Part shown: positions 9,686 to 18,634 of the stretch, piece by piece
Numbering within the stretch: the stretch's first letter is position 1
Layout of the letters: every line of letters starts with the position of its first letter
DNA from: Escherichia phage B9-1
DNA: 64,000 nt
Reading direction: 5' to 3' (one strand)
Sequence record: OQ420740.1
Position numbers and translations under genes: made by a program
Notes under the pieces: generated by a model
Database searches by the model: none
The model's input: the letters and a program-made list of their open reading frames with translations, nothing else
What the model was told of the DNA's origin: nothing

Positions 9686-10735
9686 TTATTTAACGTGCTT
9701 GAAAATACCAGCCAACTCGGTCATTGTCATGCGAGTGGTCTTCATAAGGTCTGTCATAGCCTTCTCCATGATTGGAGATACTACCATGAAGTTACCTTTG
9801 GTGAAACCTTTGTTCCAGTCGGTAACTAATAGGGGTTTAAGTCCGGCACCGAGACGTTCACCAGTTAAAGCACAACATTTTCGAATGTATGTGCTCTTAA
9901 ACTGGCTGAATGACAGATCAACTTTCATACCTGCATCGTAGAACGTCTGGCAATAGAAAGTGTAAGCTTTGGCAATCTCAACATCGTCAGGCAGTGCAGG
10001 AACCTCTTCTGTAAGCTCTTCTTCGACCCCTTGAGGCTCTTTTTCCTCTTCGTAAGCCTGTTGCGTCATCTCTTCAATCTCCTCTACTACAGGCTCGTTT
10101 ACAATGTCAGAAATGTGCTTGTTGGCTCCACGATTAGCCATGAAGTTTTTAAAATCCTGCATTGGTGACATATCTTCCTCCCATTCTTCGTCAAAGAGTG
10201 CTAGTTTATCCTCTTCCGTTCCATATTGCAAGATGAAATCTTCAAAAGTGTAATCACCTTTCAATTTCTCCATACGCTCTTCGCTCAGGTGGAGCATCAT
10301 CTGCTGGACAATTTTTCGATCAGTTTTGTCTTTAATCAAGACTGCGGTCTTTTTATCTACCAGGCAGTCCTTTAGGGAGTTGCATCTCAATCCCACCACA
10401 CAACAATTATCAACCGCATAAGGACCTTCATCATCTATCCGCTCCAGAGATGGGTAGAAAGGATTTCCCAGTCCGTTTTCATCTGTGTGCATGTCGAAAG
10501 GTATAAGGGTATAGTCGCATACTCCCTCTCCTAAAAGTTTTTTACCAAATAGGAGATATTCTTCCCATGACAGGTTGAACTCTATATCCCGTTTCCGTGC
10601 GTTATTCTGTTTGCGTCTGTATTTTTTGAGCAAGCGCTCTAACTCTTCTGGTGTATAATATTTTTCAAGATTCATGAGTTGTCTCTTGTTCTCTGTGGGT
10701 GGAGAAATCTTACCAAGTGCCTGAGAAGATGTCAA
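9686..10735 (-). CDS. HNH-like endonuclease domain protein
   Basis: Track ORF 349 aa; SLERIDDEGPYAVDNCCVV resembles HNH core; acidic central region. Confidence 0.55.
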   Translation of the reverse strand: MTSSQALGKISPPTENKRQLMNLEKYYTPEELERLLKKYRRKQNNARKRDIEFNLSWEEYLLFGKKLLGEGVCDYTLIPFDMHTDENGLGNPFYPSLERIDDEGPYAVDNCCVVGLRCNSLKDCLVDKKTAVLIKDKTDRKIVQQMMLHLSEERMEKLKGDYTFEDFILQYGTEEDKLALFDEEWEEDMSPMQDFKNFMANRGANKHISDIVNEPVVEEIEEMTQQAYEEEKEPQGVEEELTEEVPALPDDVEIAKAYTFYCQTFYDAGMKVDLSFSQFKSTYIRKCCALTGERLGAGLKPLLVTDWNKGFTKGNFMVVSPIMEKAMTDLMKTTRMTMTELAGIFKHVK

Positions 10736-10748
10736 CCTGAAAAACGTG

Positions 10749-10777
10749 TTGACTTTACTCTAAATCCACGATATAGT
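10749..10777 (+). promoter_or_regulatory. sigma70-type promoter for rightward module
   Basis: -35 TTGACT 10749-10754, 17-bp spacer, -10 TATAGT 10772-10777; RBS TAGGAG before ATG 10818. Confidence 0.55.
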
Positions 10778-10817
10778 GCACCCATTCAAAAGAAAACTAA
10801 CATAGGAGCACTTACTC

Positions 10818-11717
10818 ATGACAAATCTTAACAGTTTTAGCACCAGGTGGAAACAAGATATCACAACCAATCTCTCAGCAGGTGATATCCTTTCTGCAAT
10901 TTACGAGGCTTTGGATGATAAAGCTACTTCAAAATCGGTTTGTACTAATCCGCTAATCCCTGTAGTGATGAAGGTAATTGAGCGGAGGTTGGTATCTGGG
11001 TCCGATAAGTGGACATACCTTGATAATGGAGGGCATACTTACTCCAACGGATATGTTGATATAAAAGTGGAATACGCAGTATCATACCGCCGGAGCGGTT
11101 CTGTAACTTTCAACTTCTCTGGAGGTTTCCGATCTCTGGCAACTTCACCTTTTGTTTCCTCAGAGGAGAAGTATGAGCTGCCATTTCTTTGGATGATGGC
11201 TAACGCGACAGGAAAAACCCCCGTTAGCATCCGAGTAAAATACAACTACAACGGATCTAGTAAGATCTATGCCGAGAGTGTCTCAGCAAGTTTTTATTTT
11301 GTGATGGGGGATGGAATCCTCAAACATATAAAGATGTGCGATATGCATGATGTTATAAATGAAGTGACTGATAAGAATGTCCTAGTGAAAGACCTCAATA
11401 ATTTTTATACACCTGGAGACTATTACGTCAACCGCCCACTGTGCATCTTTAATGCCGCACACCCTTTAGGTGAGTATTTGATCGCCAATAGCGATATTGC
11501 CAATAATCGCTTCGAGGTAGCAAGAGTACAGAATGAGGTGTTGACATCTTGCAAGAGCGGTGATAAGTTTACCGAAGAAGAGATGGGTGTTTTAGAGATG
11601 ATGGGATATAAGTGTAGCCTTTGGGTAGATGAGGTGTTTAATGACGGCATCTATGGACAGGATATTTACCCACTAAAGAAGTATACTGATTCCAGTTTAA
11701 TTTACGCGGGGATTTGA
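10818..11717 (+). CDS. Hypothetical protein (299 aa)
   Basis: Track ORF; first gene of rightward block after divergent intergenic region. Confidence 0.65.
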   Translation: MTNLNSFSTRWKQDITTNLSAGDILSAIYEALDDKATSKSVCTNPLIPVVMKVIERRLVSGSDKWTYLDNGGHTYSNGYVDIKVEYAVSYRRSGSVTFNFSGGFRSLATSPFVSSEEKYELPFLWMMANATGKTPVSIRVKYNYNGSSKIYAESVSASFYFVMGDGILKHIKMCDMHDVINEVTDKNVLVKDLNNFYTPGDYYVNRPLCIFNAAHPLGEYLIANSDIANNRFEVARVQNEVLTSCKSGDKFTEEEMGVLEMMGYKCSLWVDEVFNDGIYGQDIYPLKKYTDSSLIYAGI

Positions 11718-11719
11718 CT

Positions 11720-11992
11720 ATGATGAAGTCATGTGGTAGTGTATATTATGTTGGTGAGAATGTTCAGGCAGATAGTGTGTGGAAATCCATTAAGTCCACC
11801 ACCGATGATGCCTTCTTGAGCGGATCATGTTTCCCCAATCCTGGGGACATTCTCCCTTACCCTGGGGATTTTGTTGTCAATAAGATGGACGGTTACACCG
11901 TGTGCCTGATGGTTGAAAAAATCTTTTTAGACACTAGACACAATCACCGTCTTGTGTTAAAATTTCAAGAATGTAAAATGACAGTTGCCTAA
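11720..11992 (+). CDS. Hypothetical protein (~90 aa)
   Basis: Track ORF 11714..11992; ATG at 11720 preferred over TTG 11714. Confidence 0.5.
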   Translation: MMKSCGSVYYVGENVQADSVWKSIKSTTDDAFLSGSCFPNPGDILPYPGDFVVNKMDGYTVCLMVEKIFLDTRHNHRLVLKFQECKMTVA

Positions 11993-12004
11993 GGAGGCCT
12001 ACCA

Positions 12005-12361
12005 ATGTCTAAAGTTACTTATCGTGCAGCTATTTACTGCAATGAGCAACCAATCAATAGTGATGGTCACTGCTTTTTTAAAGAAAATCAGTTGGGCTGT
12101 ATTGCCCTCCCTGATGAAGGGGAAGGTTATATGATTGCATTGACAGGGTTTGAGCCTGAAGCCTTGGAAGCCAATCTGGACTACCTGGTAGAGAAGGGTG
12201 CTGCAGACTTGGTTGCCAATGGCCTCTCCATAAGCCTTGAAGAAGTGGAGCGCTTCATGGGCAATTACCGTGTAGTGCGTGAGTTTACTGTCGAGGTGGA
12301 AACTCCAGAGTGGGGTGGTACTGAAACTAATGCTGAAGAAAAAGAAGAGGAGGCAGAATAA
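12005..12361 (+). CDS. Hypothetical protein with acidic C-terminus (118 aa)
   Basis: Track ORF; RBS AAGGAGG upstream; ends EEKEEEAE. Confidence 0.6.
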   Translation: MSKVTYRAAIYCNEQPINSDGHCFFKENQLGCIALPDEGEGYMIALTGFEPEALEANLDYLVEKGAADLVANGLSISLEEVERFMGNYRVVREFTVEVETPEWGGTETNAEEKEEEAE

Positions 12362-12618
12362 TGAAAGTGCAAATCTTAACTAATGCCGAGAAGATGTTTA
12401 TCGAAGATACGCCTTTTGAAACTGGTGAGCTACAGTTTGTATATTTTGTTGACTTAGATAAGGTTTTTCCTGCGCTGAATCTGGGTTTGGAGAAAGTACC
12501 TTATAAAACTCTATGCCAGGTTGTCCGTGCCTTAGCGGCAGATGGAGAGTTCCACACCTTTGAAGATATCCAGACCTATGGGTATCTTGAACTGCAACGA
12601 GAAGAAGAGGTAGACTGA
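12361..12618 (+). CDS. Hypothetical protein (85 aa)
   Basis: Track ORF; start overlaps upstream stop. Confidence 0.55.
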   Translation: MKVQILTNAEKMFIEDTPFETGELQFVYFVDLDKVFPALNLGLEKVPYKTLCQVVRALAADGEFHTFEDIQTYGYLELQREEEVD

Positions 12619-12620
12619 TA

Positions 12621-13001
12621 ATGGCCCAGTGGAAGACAACAGTTGACCTTCATGATCAGTGGTTAGGACGCATAACTGAAGACGGGAAACTGGTAGAGTG
12701 GGACAACAAACATGTTAGCGAGTTGGCAAGTATTGTGGCTGGCAAGTTACGCTCCAAGTTCCCTGAACAGCTGGATCCTGATAGTTCAAAGTTCGATCCT
12801 GAGTTGGAGGATGTTGTATACTACTTCGATACCGTTGATGACTACGACGCGTGGTTTGCAGCACGGGAGCTTTACCCACAAGGCTCTGCTATGCGCAAGA
12901 TGGAAGAAGATTATCCTCCGTGTGAGCAATTCAATAGTGCAATGACTTGCCTCTATGATTGGGCAGATAAGAACCTTGTCTGGATTCGGACTGCATTTTA
13001 G
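12621..13001 (+). CDS. Hypothetical protein (126 aa)
   Basis: Track ORF. Confidence 0.6.
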   Translation: MAQWKTTVDLHDQWLGRITEDGKLVEWDNKHVSELASIVAGKLRSKFPEQLDPDSSKFDPELEDVVYYFDTVDDYDAWFAARELYPQGSAMRKMEEDYPPCEQFNSAMTCLYDWADKNLVWIRTAF

Positions 13002-13045
13002 TGGGTAGGGATGGCGGCAAGGATGCTGCTTAAGGAGCAGTAGAG

Positions 13046-13315
13046 ATGTTATACCAGCAGTACGAACTTCGTGCAGAAAAAGAATTAAATTTTGACAAAG
13101 ATATTCACAGATATTATTATGGGAAAGTTAGAGGGCAAGCAAGAAAGTGTACTCCAACACTCTTTTATGCCAGCAGACGACTAGCGCCAGAAGAGGCAAC
13201 AGCAGAAAGGGTTGCATATGGCTGGAGAGTTGCGTATGATATTGACAGATCCGATGTGATGTCTGTTTTGGAAAACTTTGAAAACACTTACACACAAGTA
13301 GAGGACTTTTACTAA
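13046..13315 (+). CDS. Hypothetical protein (89 aa)
   Basis: Track ORF; stop overlaps next start. Confidence 0.55.
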   Translation: MLYQQYELRAEKELNFDKDIHRYYYGKVRGQARKCTPTLFYASRRLAPEEATAERVAYGWRVAYDIDRSDVMSVLENFENTYTQVEDFY

Positions 13316-14499
13316 TGTCAAGAAACGTATTCGAAAGTGGTCAAATCACTGTCCGCGAGTTGCCAGCTATTATTCAATTTGCCCAGCGTCATAACCGATC
13401 TGTCCTGATTTTAGGACCGATGGGCGTGGGGAAGAGCCAGGTGATGAAGCAGATTGCTGATAGTATGTTCGGTGAGCGAGATGACAACCTTGTTGACGTG
13501 CGACTGTCAGATAAAGACCCTGCTGACTTATCTGGGCTACCTATCCCTGTAGAGTCGGATGGGACTACACGTACAGTGTTTGCAATTCCAGAATTTTGGC
13601 CTGCAGATCCGGACTGGAGCGGAATTATCTTTCTAGACGAGCTTACTCATGCAGATAACTACCTGCAGAAGGTTGCAATGCAAATTATGCTCGACCACAA
13701 GTGCGGCACCTATGCATTTCCTAAGGGCTCTGTTTTTGTAGCTGCAGGTAACCGTGCTACAGACGGTGCTGTTCTTTCGGCGCTCGAAGCTCCTCTAGCT
13801 AACCGCTTTATCATTGTAGAAGTTACAAGCAGTGCAGAGGTGTTTATTGAGGACTATGCATTCCTTAATGGGGTGCACTCCTCTGTAATTGGATATCTGA
13901 AAAGAGTCCCATCAGCCATTGATAATTATGAGGCCATGGCTGAGATTAATTGTCCATCTTTTGCCACACCGCGATCTTGGGTTGCTGCATCTGACATCTT
14001 GCACGATTTTGACAGCGGTATTATTTCTGACGCTATGGCCCGTGTCCTTCTACAAGGTGCCATTGGTCACACTGCAGCGGTAGAAATTTGGACCTACCAC
14101 ACCAAGAAACGAAACTTGCCAGAAATCGGTCGGATTATGGCAGGAGGCTGCAAAGAATATGTAGGTCCTAAGCAGCCAGACATCTTGTGGATTCTGGGGT
14201 CTGAAGGTTGTATCGCTATTCGTAATATGATGGAAAATGCAAGTATCTCCGACGAAGATCTCGTCAGCTGTGTGGCAAACTTCCTTGATTTCCTTTGGGA
14301 AAATTTCAAGGATGAGAACCGAGACTTTGTATTCTCAGTCTTTATGGCGATGATGAAACCTAACGCCTTAGGAAATGCCTTACTTATTGGTAAAGGCAGG
14401 GACAAGATCGTTGCTCAGCTGATCAAAGCATACCCAAACCTGATGAAGATTGTAAAAGAGTTTGGTGAAGAGTTTAGCGCCATTTTAGCTAAAGCTTGA
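13315..14499 (+). CDS. MoxR-like AAA+ ATPase (AAA_5 type)
   Basis: Track ORF 394 aa; Walker A ILGPMGVGKSQ; Walker B IIFLDELTHAD; AAGNRA...LANRF arginine-finger region. Confidence 0.8.
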   Translation: MSRNVFESGQITVRELPAIIQFAQRHNRSVLILGPMGVGKSQVMKQIADSMFGERDDNLVDVRLSDKDPADLSGLPIPVESDGTTRTVFAIPEFWPADPDWSGIIFLDELTHADNYLQKVAMQIMLDHKCGTYAFPKGSVFVAAGNRATDGAVLSALEAPLANRFIIVEVTSSAEVFIEDYAFLNGVHSSVIGYLKRVPSAIDNYEAMAEINCPSFATPRSWVAASDILHDFDSGIISDAMARVLLQGAIGHTAAVEIWTYHTKKRNLPEIGRIMAGGCKEYVGPKQPDILWILGSEGCIAIRNMMENASISDEDLVSCVANFLDFLWENFKDENRDFVFSVFMAMMKPNALGNALLIGKGRDKIVAQLIKAYPNLMKIVKEFGEEFSAILAKA

Positions 14500-14508
14500 G
14501 GAGGTTGT

Positions 14509-14889
14509 ATGGCTAAAGTAGGTAAGCGGGGAAACTACTTGGTGGTATTGACCGAGGAGCCGGAGAAGGAGTACGAATGCAGCTCCGCTTGTGTGATCGA
14601 TATCCGAGAAAAAGATGTGGATGAAATCTGGTTTAAAATACTGGACGCTTGCGACAGCAGTGACTATTTCTTCATCTATGTCAACGATAAAGCGGGGTTC
14701 TTCCATGACGATGGGGAATTACCGTATGAAATCTATGAACTTGTAGAGGCTTGCCATCGTGGAGATGCGGAGTTGTTTGGTCTACGGCTGAAAAGCGGTA
14801 AATTCTTCTATCAAGATGAATGCATGAATCTTCACAACTTCGTAGAGGGGACTTGCAACGATGGAGAGATTTTGGCACACTACGATTAA
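14509..14889 (+). CDS. Hypothetical protein (126 aa)
   Basis: Track ORF with RBS GAGGAGG; followed by terminator. Confidence 0.6.
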   Translation: MAKVGKRGNYLVVLTEEPEKEYECSSACVIDIREKDVDEIWFKILDACDSSDYFFIYVNDKAGFFHDDGELPYEIYELVEACHRGDAELFGLRLKSGKFFYQDECMNLHNFVEGTCNDGEILAHYD

Positions 14890-14902
14890 TTTCTAAGACA
14901 CA

Positions 14903-14929
14903 CCCCGCTTCGGCGGGGATTTTCTATTT
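14903..14929 (+). terminator. Intrinsic terminator
   Basis: Hairpin CCCCGC-ttcg-GCGGGG 14903-14918 followed by ATTTTCTATTT. Confidence 0.7.
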
Positions 14930-14938
14930 GGAGCTATT

Positions 14939-15439
14939 GTGAAAATTAAAATCTTTGCTATTATTTTGAGCGCATTTTTATCGCTGCCTGTTGTTGCAGC
15001 ACCAAAACAAAAAGTATATCACACTTGCAAGCCGTCGGATACTAAGGAAAACATTCTAGCATGCAATATCTACAGGGAGGCTAGAGGGGATGGCACGATG
15101 GGTATGCTGGCATCCGGATTTGCCACACTAAACAGGAAATCTCACCCCAAATACCCAGACACTATAAGAAAGATTGTCTACCAACCTAACCAGTTTTCGT
15201 GGACAAACCACGGCAAAACTTTTAAGGTGACAGAAAAAGATTCATGGGATCACGCTAAAAGTCTTGCAAAGATGCTTCTAAAGGTCTATAATAACAACCA
15301 TGTTGCATACATGGCTATGGATATAACAGGCGGAGCAACACACTACCATACAACAAAAGTACGACCGAAATGGGCAAAAAAGATGCAGAGGACAGCTCAA
15401 TTCGGGAGCCATATCTACTACAAGGAGCGCAATAAATGA
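14939..15439 (+). CDS. Secreted SleB/CwlJ-like cell-wall hydrolase (GTG start)
   Basis: Track ORF 166 aa; N-terminal signal peptide MKIKIFAIILSAFLSLPVVAAP; motifs ILACNIYREARGDG and QPNQFSW typical of Hydrolase_2 family. Confidence 0.65.
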   Translation: MKIKIFAIILSAFLSLPVVAAPKQKVYHTCKPSDTKENILACNIYREARGDGTMGMLASGFATLNRKSHPKYPDTIRKIVYQPNQFSWTNHGKTFKVTEKDSWDHAKSLAKMLLKVYNNNHVAYMAMDITGGATHYHTTKVRPKWAKKMQRTAQFGSHIYYKERNK

Positions 15440-17418
15440 TTGTAAACAGCAATGAAACTAAAGCGGTGCTAACTGGGAATATGGAGGTAACCAGGGGATC
15501 AATTTCTCTGAACAAAGAGACTTTTGGGCTAATCATCAAAGGGATTTATGAAGATAAGGTACTGGCAAGCTGCCGTGAACCGATCTTCAATGCTGTGGAC
15601 TCACATGTTGAGTCTGGACGAGGTGATGTACCGATCATCATTCACTCTCCTACAGACCTTGAACCATACTTCTTTGTGCAGGACGTTGGATTAGGCATGT
15701 CAGAAGAGATGGTCCGTAACACTTTCATGAACCTAGGTGAGTCGACCAAGCGCAACAGCAACGCTCTGGTAGGCAATAAAGGTGTTGGTTCAAAGGCCCC
15801 GTTCAGCATGGTGGACACTTTCGATGTAATCAGTGTGCACAACGGTGTGGAAAGCACATACCTATTGTTCTTGGACCAGGGTATCCCAAATGTCACCAAG
15901 ATCCGTGAGCGGAAGACTGAAGAGCACAACGGGGTAAAAGTTCAGTTTCATGTTAAGAAAGAGCATGTTCTGAAATATCGCACCGCTATTGCATCATGCC
16001 TGCGCTATGCAAAATTTCCGTTCACTGTCACCGACCCGATGACGAGCAAGATGCTGGAGGGAGACAAAGTAGAGGCGCAGTATTATTATGAAAAAGATGG
16101 TTGGAAGATGACCATCCTGAAGGGTTATACCAGCTCTGACGAGAGTCGTGTGGTAATGGGTCACCAACCTTACCGTTCTAAGTTCCTGGAGACACTAATA
16201 GATTATCCTGCAATTTGTGTAGAGATCCCTATCGGAGATTGCAATATTAACCCAGGGCGTGAATGGACCATAGAAGGTCACGACGATGGTGGATTCCAAG
16301 AGCGTTTGGAAGCTTTTGTCAAAGAAGGCATTCGCCTTCGTGGAGCAGAAGTTGTTGCAGAACTGGAGACAGCAAAAACATCCTCAGAAGCACGCGAGAT
16401 GATGAAGAACAGTGGAGTGTTCGGGCACATCTTCGGTAAGAATTTTATGTATGACCGCTGGGAAGAAACAGGGCTAGGAAATTTGGGGGACTGCGAGATC
16501 TTCGCTGGCGGCTTAAATAAAGGCCGCATAGGTTACGCCTGCTACGGAAAGGTAGAATTCTTACGGGGAGTTTATTTAGTATTTAACGACGGAGACGGCA
16601 AATATAACCGGAATAAGTGTAACTACTTAAGCGAGATTACCGGACGCAACGTTTTCTATTGCCGTAACACGGATCTGGTGAAAGAGTTTAAAGAGGCGGC
16701 ACACCATCCGTTTTTTGCAGATACGGTCAAATTGTTATCGGAGCTTCCACGCCGACCTACGAAGAAAGGTGAAACCAAAACCCGTTACGAACCAGGCTAT
16801 TGGGTTAAAAAACTTGAGAAGGATGGTTACTTCCGGCGTGAGCGTATTACTAAGGCAGAGTTCAGGAAGATTAAGCACTGCATACCGTATGAGGGGGATA
16901 TCCAACGCGGAAGTTGTTGGCTAGGGCAGATGAGCAACATCTACCAGCAAGATTATGACCGTGTGCGTTCGGCACTCCAGATTCCTGAAGGGGAAGATCT
17001 GTACCTGGTGTCGGAATCTCGTCTGCTTTGGACTGATCCTGATTGCCAATATGTTACAGAGAAGAATGTGGAACATTTGTTGAAAGAGGATGCTTGGAAA
17101 TTCTTACTAACTCGCGCAGCAAATGAAACTTCATATGACAGCCTGTACAGACAGTTAGGTAAAATTATCCCCATGCAGGATTTTGGAAGTTATCGGCCAC
17201 ATTTCCACAAGTGGGAAGGTAGCACCACGTGGAAGTACGGTGAGCTAAATCATCGTGCCAAAATCTTAATCGCCAACCGGGTTAAGTGCGGGAAGGCCTA
17301 TATTGCAAGATTGGAAAAGAAATATCCACTTTTGAAGCATGTAGGCTTGAAATATTGGGACACTCCTGCTATGATTGAATACCGTGAACTGATTGATACA
17401 AAGAATAACATCAAATAA
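15436..17418 (+). CDS. GHKL-family ATPase domain protein, possibly rIIA-like
   Basis: Track ORF 660 aa; N-box EPIFNAVDS, G1 box VQDVGLGM, G2 box GNKGVGSKA; rIIA assignment is inference from domain type and size. Confidence 0.6.
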   Translation: MIVNSNETKAVLTGNMEVTRGSISLNKETFGLIIKGIYEDKVLASCREPIFNAVDSHVESGRGDVPIIIHSPTDLEPYFFVQDVGLGMSEEMVRNTFMNLGESTKRNSNALVGNKGVGSKAPFSMVDTFDVISVHNGVESTYLLFLDQGIPNVTKIRERKTEEHNGVKVQFHVKKEHVLKYRTAIASCLRYAKFPFTVTDPMTSKMLEGDKVEAQYYYEKDGWKMTILKGYTSSDESRVVMGHQPYRSKFLETLIDYPAICVEIPIGDCNINPGREWTIEGHDDGGFQERLEAFVKEGIRLRGAEVVAELETAKTSSEAREMMKNSGVFGHIFGKNFMYDRWEETGLGNLGDCEIFAGGLNKGRIGYACYGKVEFLRGVYLVFNDGDGKYNRNKCNYLSEITGRNVFYCRNTDLVKEFKEAAHHPFFADTVKLLSELPRRPTKKGETKTRYEPGYWVKKLEKDGYFRRERITKAEFRKIKHCIPYEGDIQRGSCWLGQMSNIYQQDYDRVRSALQIPEGEDLYLVSESRLLWTDPDCQYVTEKNVEHLLKEDAWKFLLTRAANETSYDSLYRQLGKIIPMQDFGSYRPHFHKWEGSTTWKYGELNHRAKILIANRVKCGKAYIARLEKKYPLLKHVGLKYWDTPAMIEYRELIDTKNNIK

Positions 17419-17428
17419 GGAGACCAAG

Positions 17429-18634
17429 ATGATTTTCATCTACGAACATTTCAAAACTCGTAAAGAAGCACGTGACCGCCGTGCAGAACTTGAGAAGAAG
17501 GGTTTCACATGCGCTATTGAGAAAGGTAACACAACCTGGACACTGGCAGTAGGTGCCCCAGAGTTGTTCGATCCTGACCGTGACAGCGTCTGCTACACCC
17601 GTGAGGATTTTGAAACCCGTGAAGAGGCCCGTTTATTTCGATATGGGCTGGAAGATAACGGTAAGTACGCCATGATCTTAGATTTAGGAGAAGGTTCCGT
17701 TAAACGTTGGGGTGTGGTATATCCACTGTGTGTTGTTCACGGTGTAGGGTTCACTGGGGTAGCAATCAAGTCAGAAGAACCTTTAGTAGAAGTAAAAGAC
17801 CCGGTGCTGGAGGTGGTGAGCAGTGTGTCTCAGCAACAGACCCGAAGCATCGAGCCTTTGGTGGTTATTTGCGGGGAACTCCTCCAGATCACCTGCAACG
17901 AAGGTATTTTTGAAATTCGCCGCAGTGAAAGTGAGGAAGTTTACCAGAAAGTCTTCGACCATATCTCTGTTCAGGAATATGACGAGGCAATTGGTGAAAT
18001 CCTTGTCTGGCTGGAACGCAAGAATGAGTTCACCACACTTGCAGACAACCTGATCATGAAAGATGGTAAGCTCTACTACTACGGTGTAGAGATGCGATCC
18101 ACCATTGCAAAGAAAATTGAGAAAGATTATGCAGACGGAACACTGGATGACCGCTATGTGAAATTCCTCGTTCGCCTGCTACGCAATCCTTCTGCAAAAT
18201 CTGTAAACATGCTCTACGATTTTATGCAGGCAAACGACATTCAGATTGCAGAAGATGGTCGAATCATTTGCTACAAAGGGGTTCAGTTTAACGGCGACAA
18301 GTGGGTGGATTGGCACAGTGGTAAAGTCCCACAATACCAGGGGGCTTTTGTATCCATGCCTCGTAACTTTGTAGAGGATGATCCGGAAGCTGCATGCTCT
18401 TATGGCCTGCACTGTGCCAGCAAAGAGTATGCAAAGAGCTACGGAACTGTGATGACGGTTATGGTTGACCCTGCCGATGTAGTTAGTGTACCTTACCAAC
18501 ACAACAGCGCCAAGTGCCGTGCATGCCGCTACGAAATCGTAGTAGCTCCAGAATCGCGCAAAGATGGCGACCCAATTGAGTACGTGGTTGACCGCGACGG
18601 TAATACTATCGACATTATCTACGAGGAGGCGTAA
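17429..18634 (+). CDS. Hypothetical protein, possible rIIB-like partner of upstream gene
   Basis: Track ORF 17393..18634; ATG 17429 preceded by RBS AAGGAGA is the likely start; partner call is by position only. Confidence 0.5.
   Translation: MIFIYEHFKTRKEARDRRAELEKKGFTCAIEKGNTTWTLAVGAPELFDPDRDSVCYTREDFETREEARLFRYGLEDNGKYAMILDLGEGSVKRWGVVYPLCVVHGVGFTGVAIKSEEPLVEVKDPVLEVVSSVSQQQTRSIEPLVVICGELLQITCNEGIFEIRRSESEEVYQKVFDHISVQEYDEAIGEILVWLERKNEFTTLADNLIMKDGKLYYYGVEMRSTIAKKIEKDYADGTLDDRYVKFLVRLLRNPSAKSVNMLYDFMQANDIQIAEDGRIICYKGVQFNGDKWVDWHSGKVPQYQGAFVSMPRNFVEDDPEAACSYGLHCASKEYAKSYGTVMTVMVDPADVVSVPYQHNSAKCRACRYEIVVAPESRKDGDPIEYVVDRDGNTIDIIYEEA

Noticed and set aside
15436-17418. Two-component sensor histidine kinase as the identity of the GHKL ATPase protein
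   Set aside because: No transmembrane segments, no HisKA-like phospho-acceptor region and no response-regulator partner nearby.
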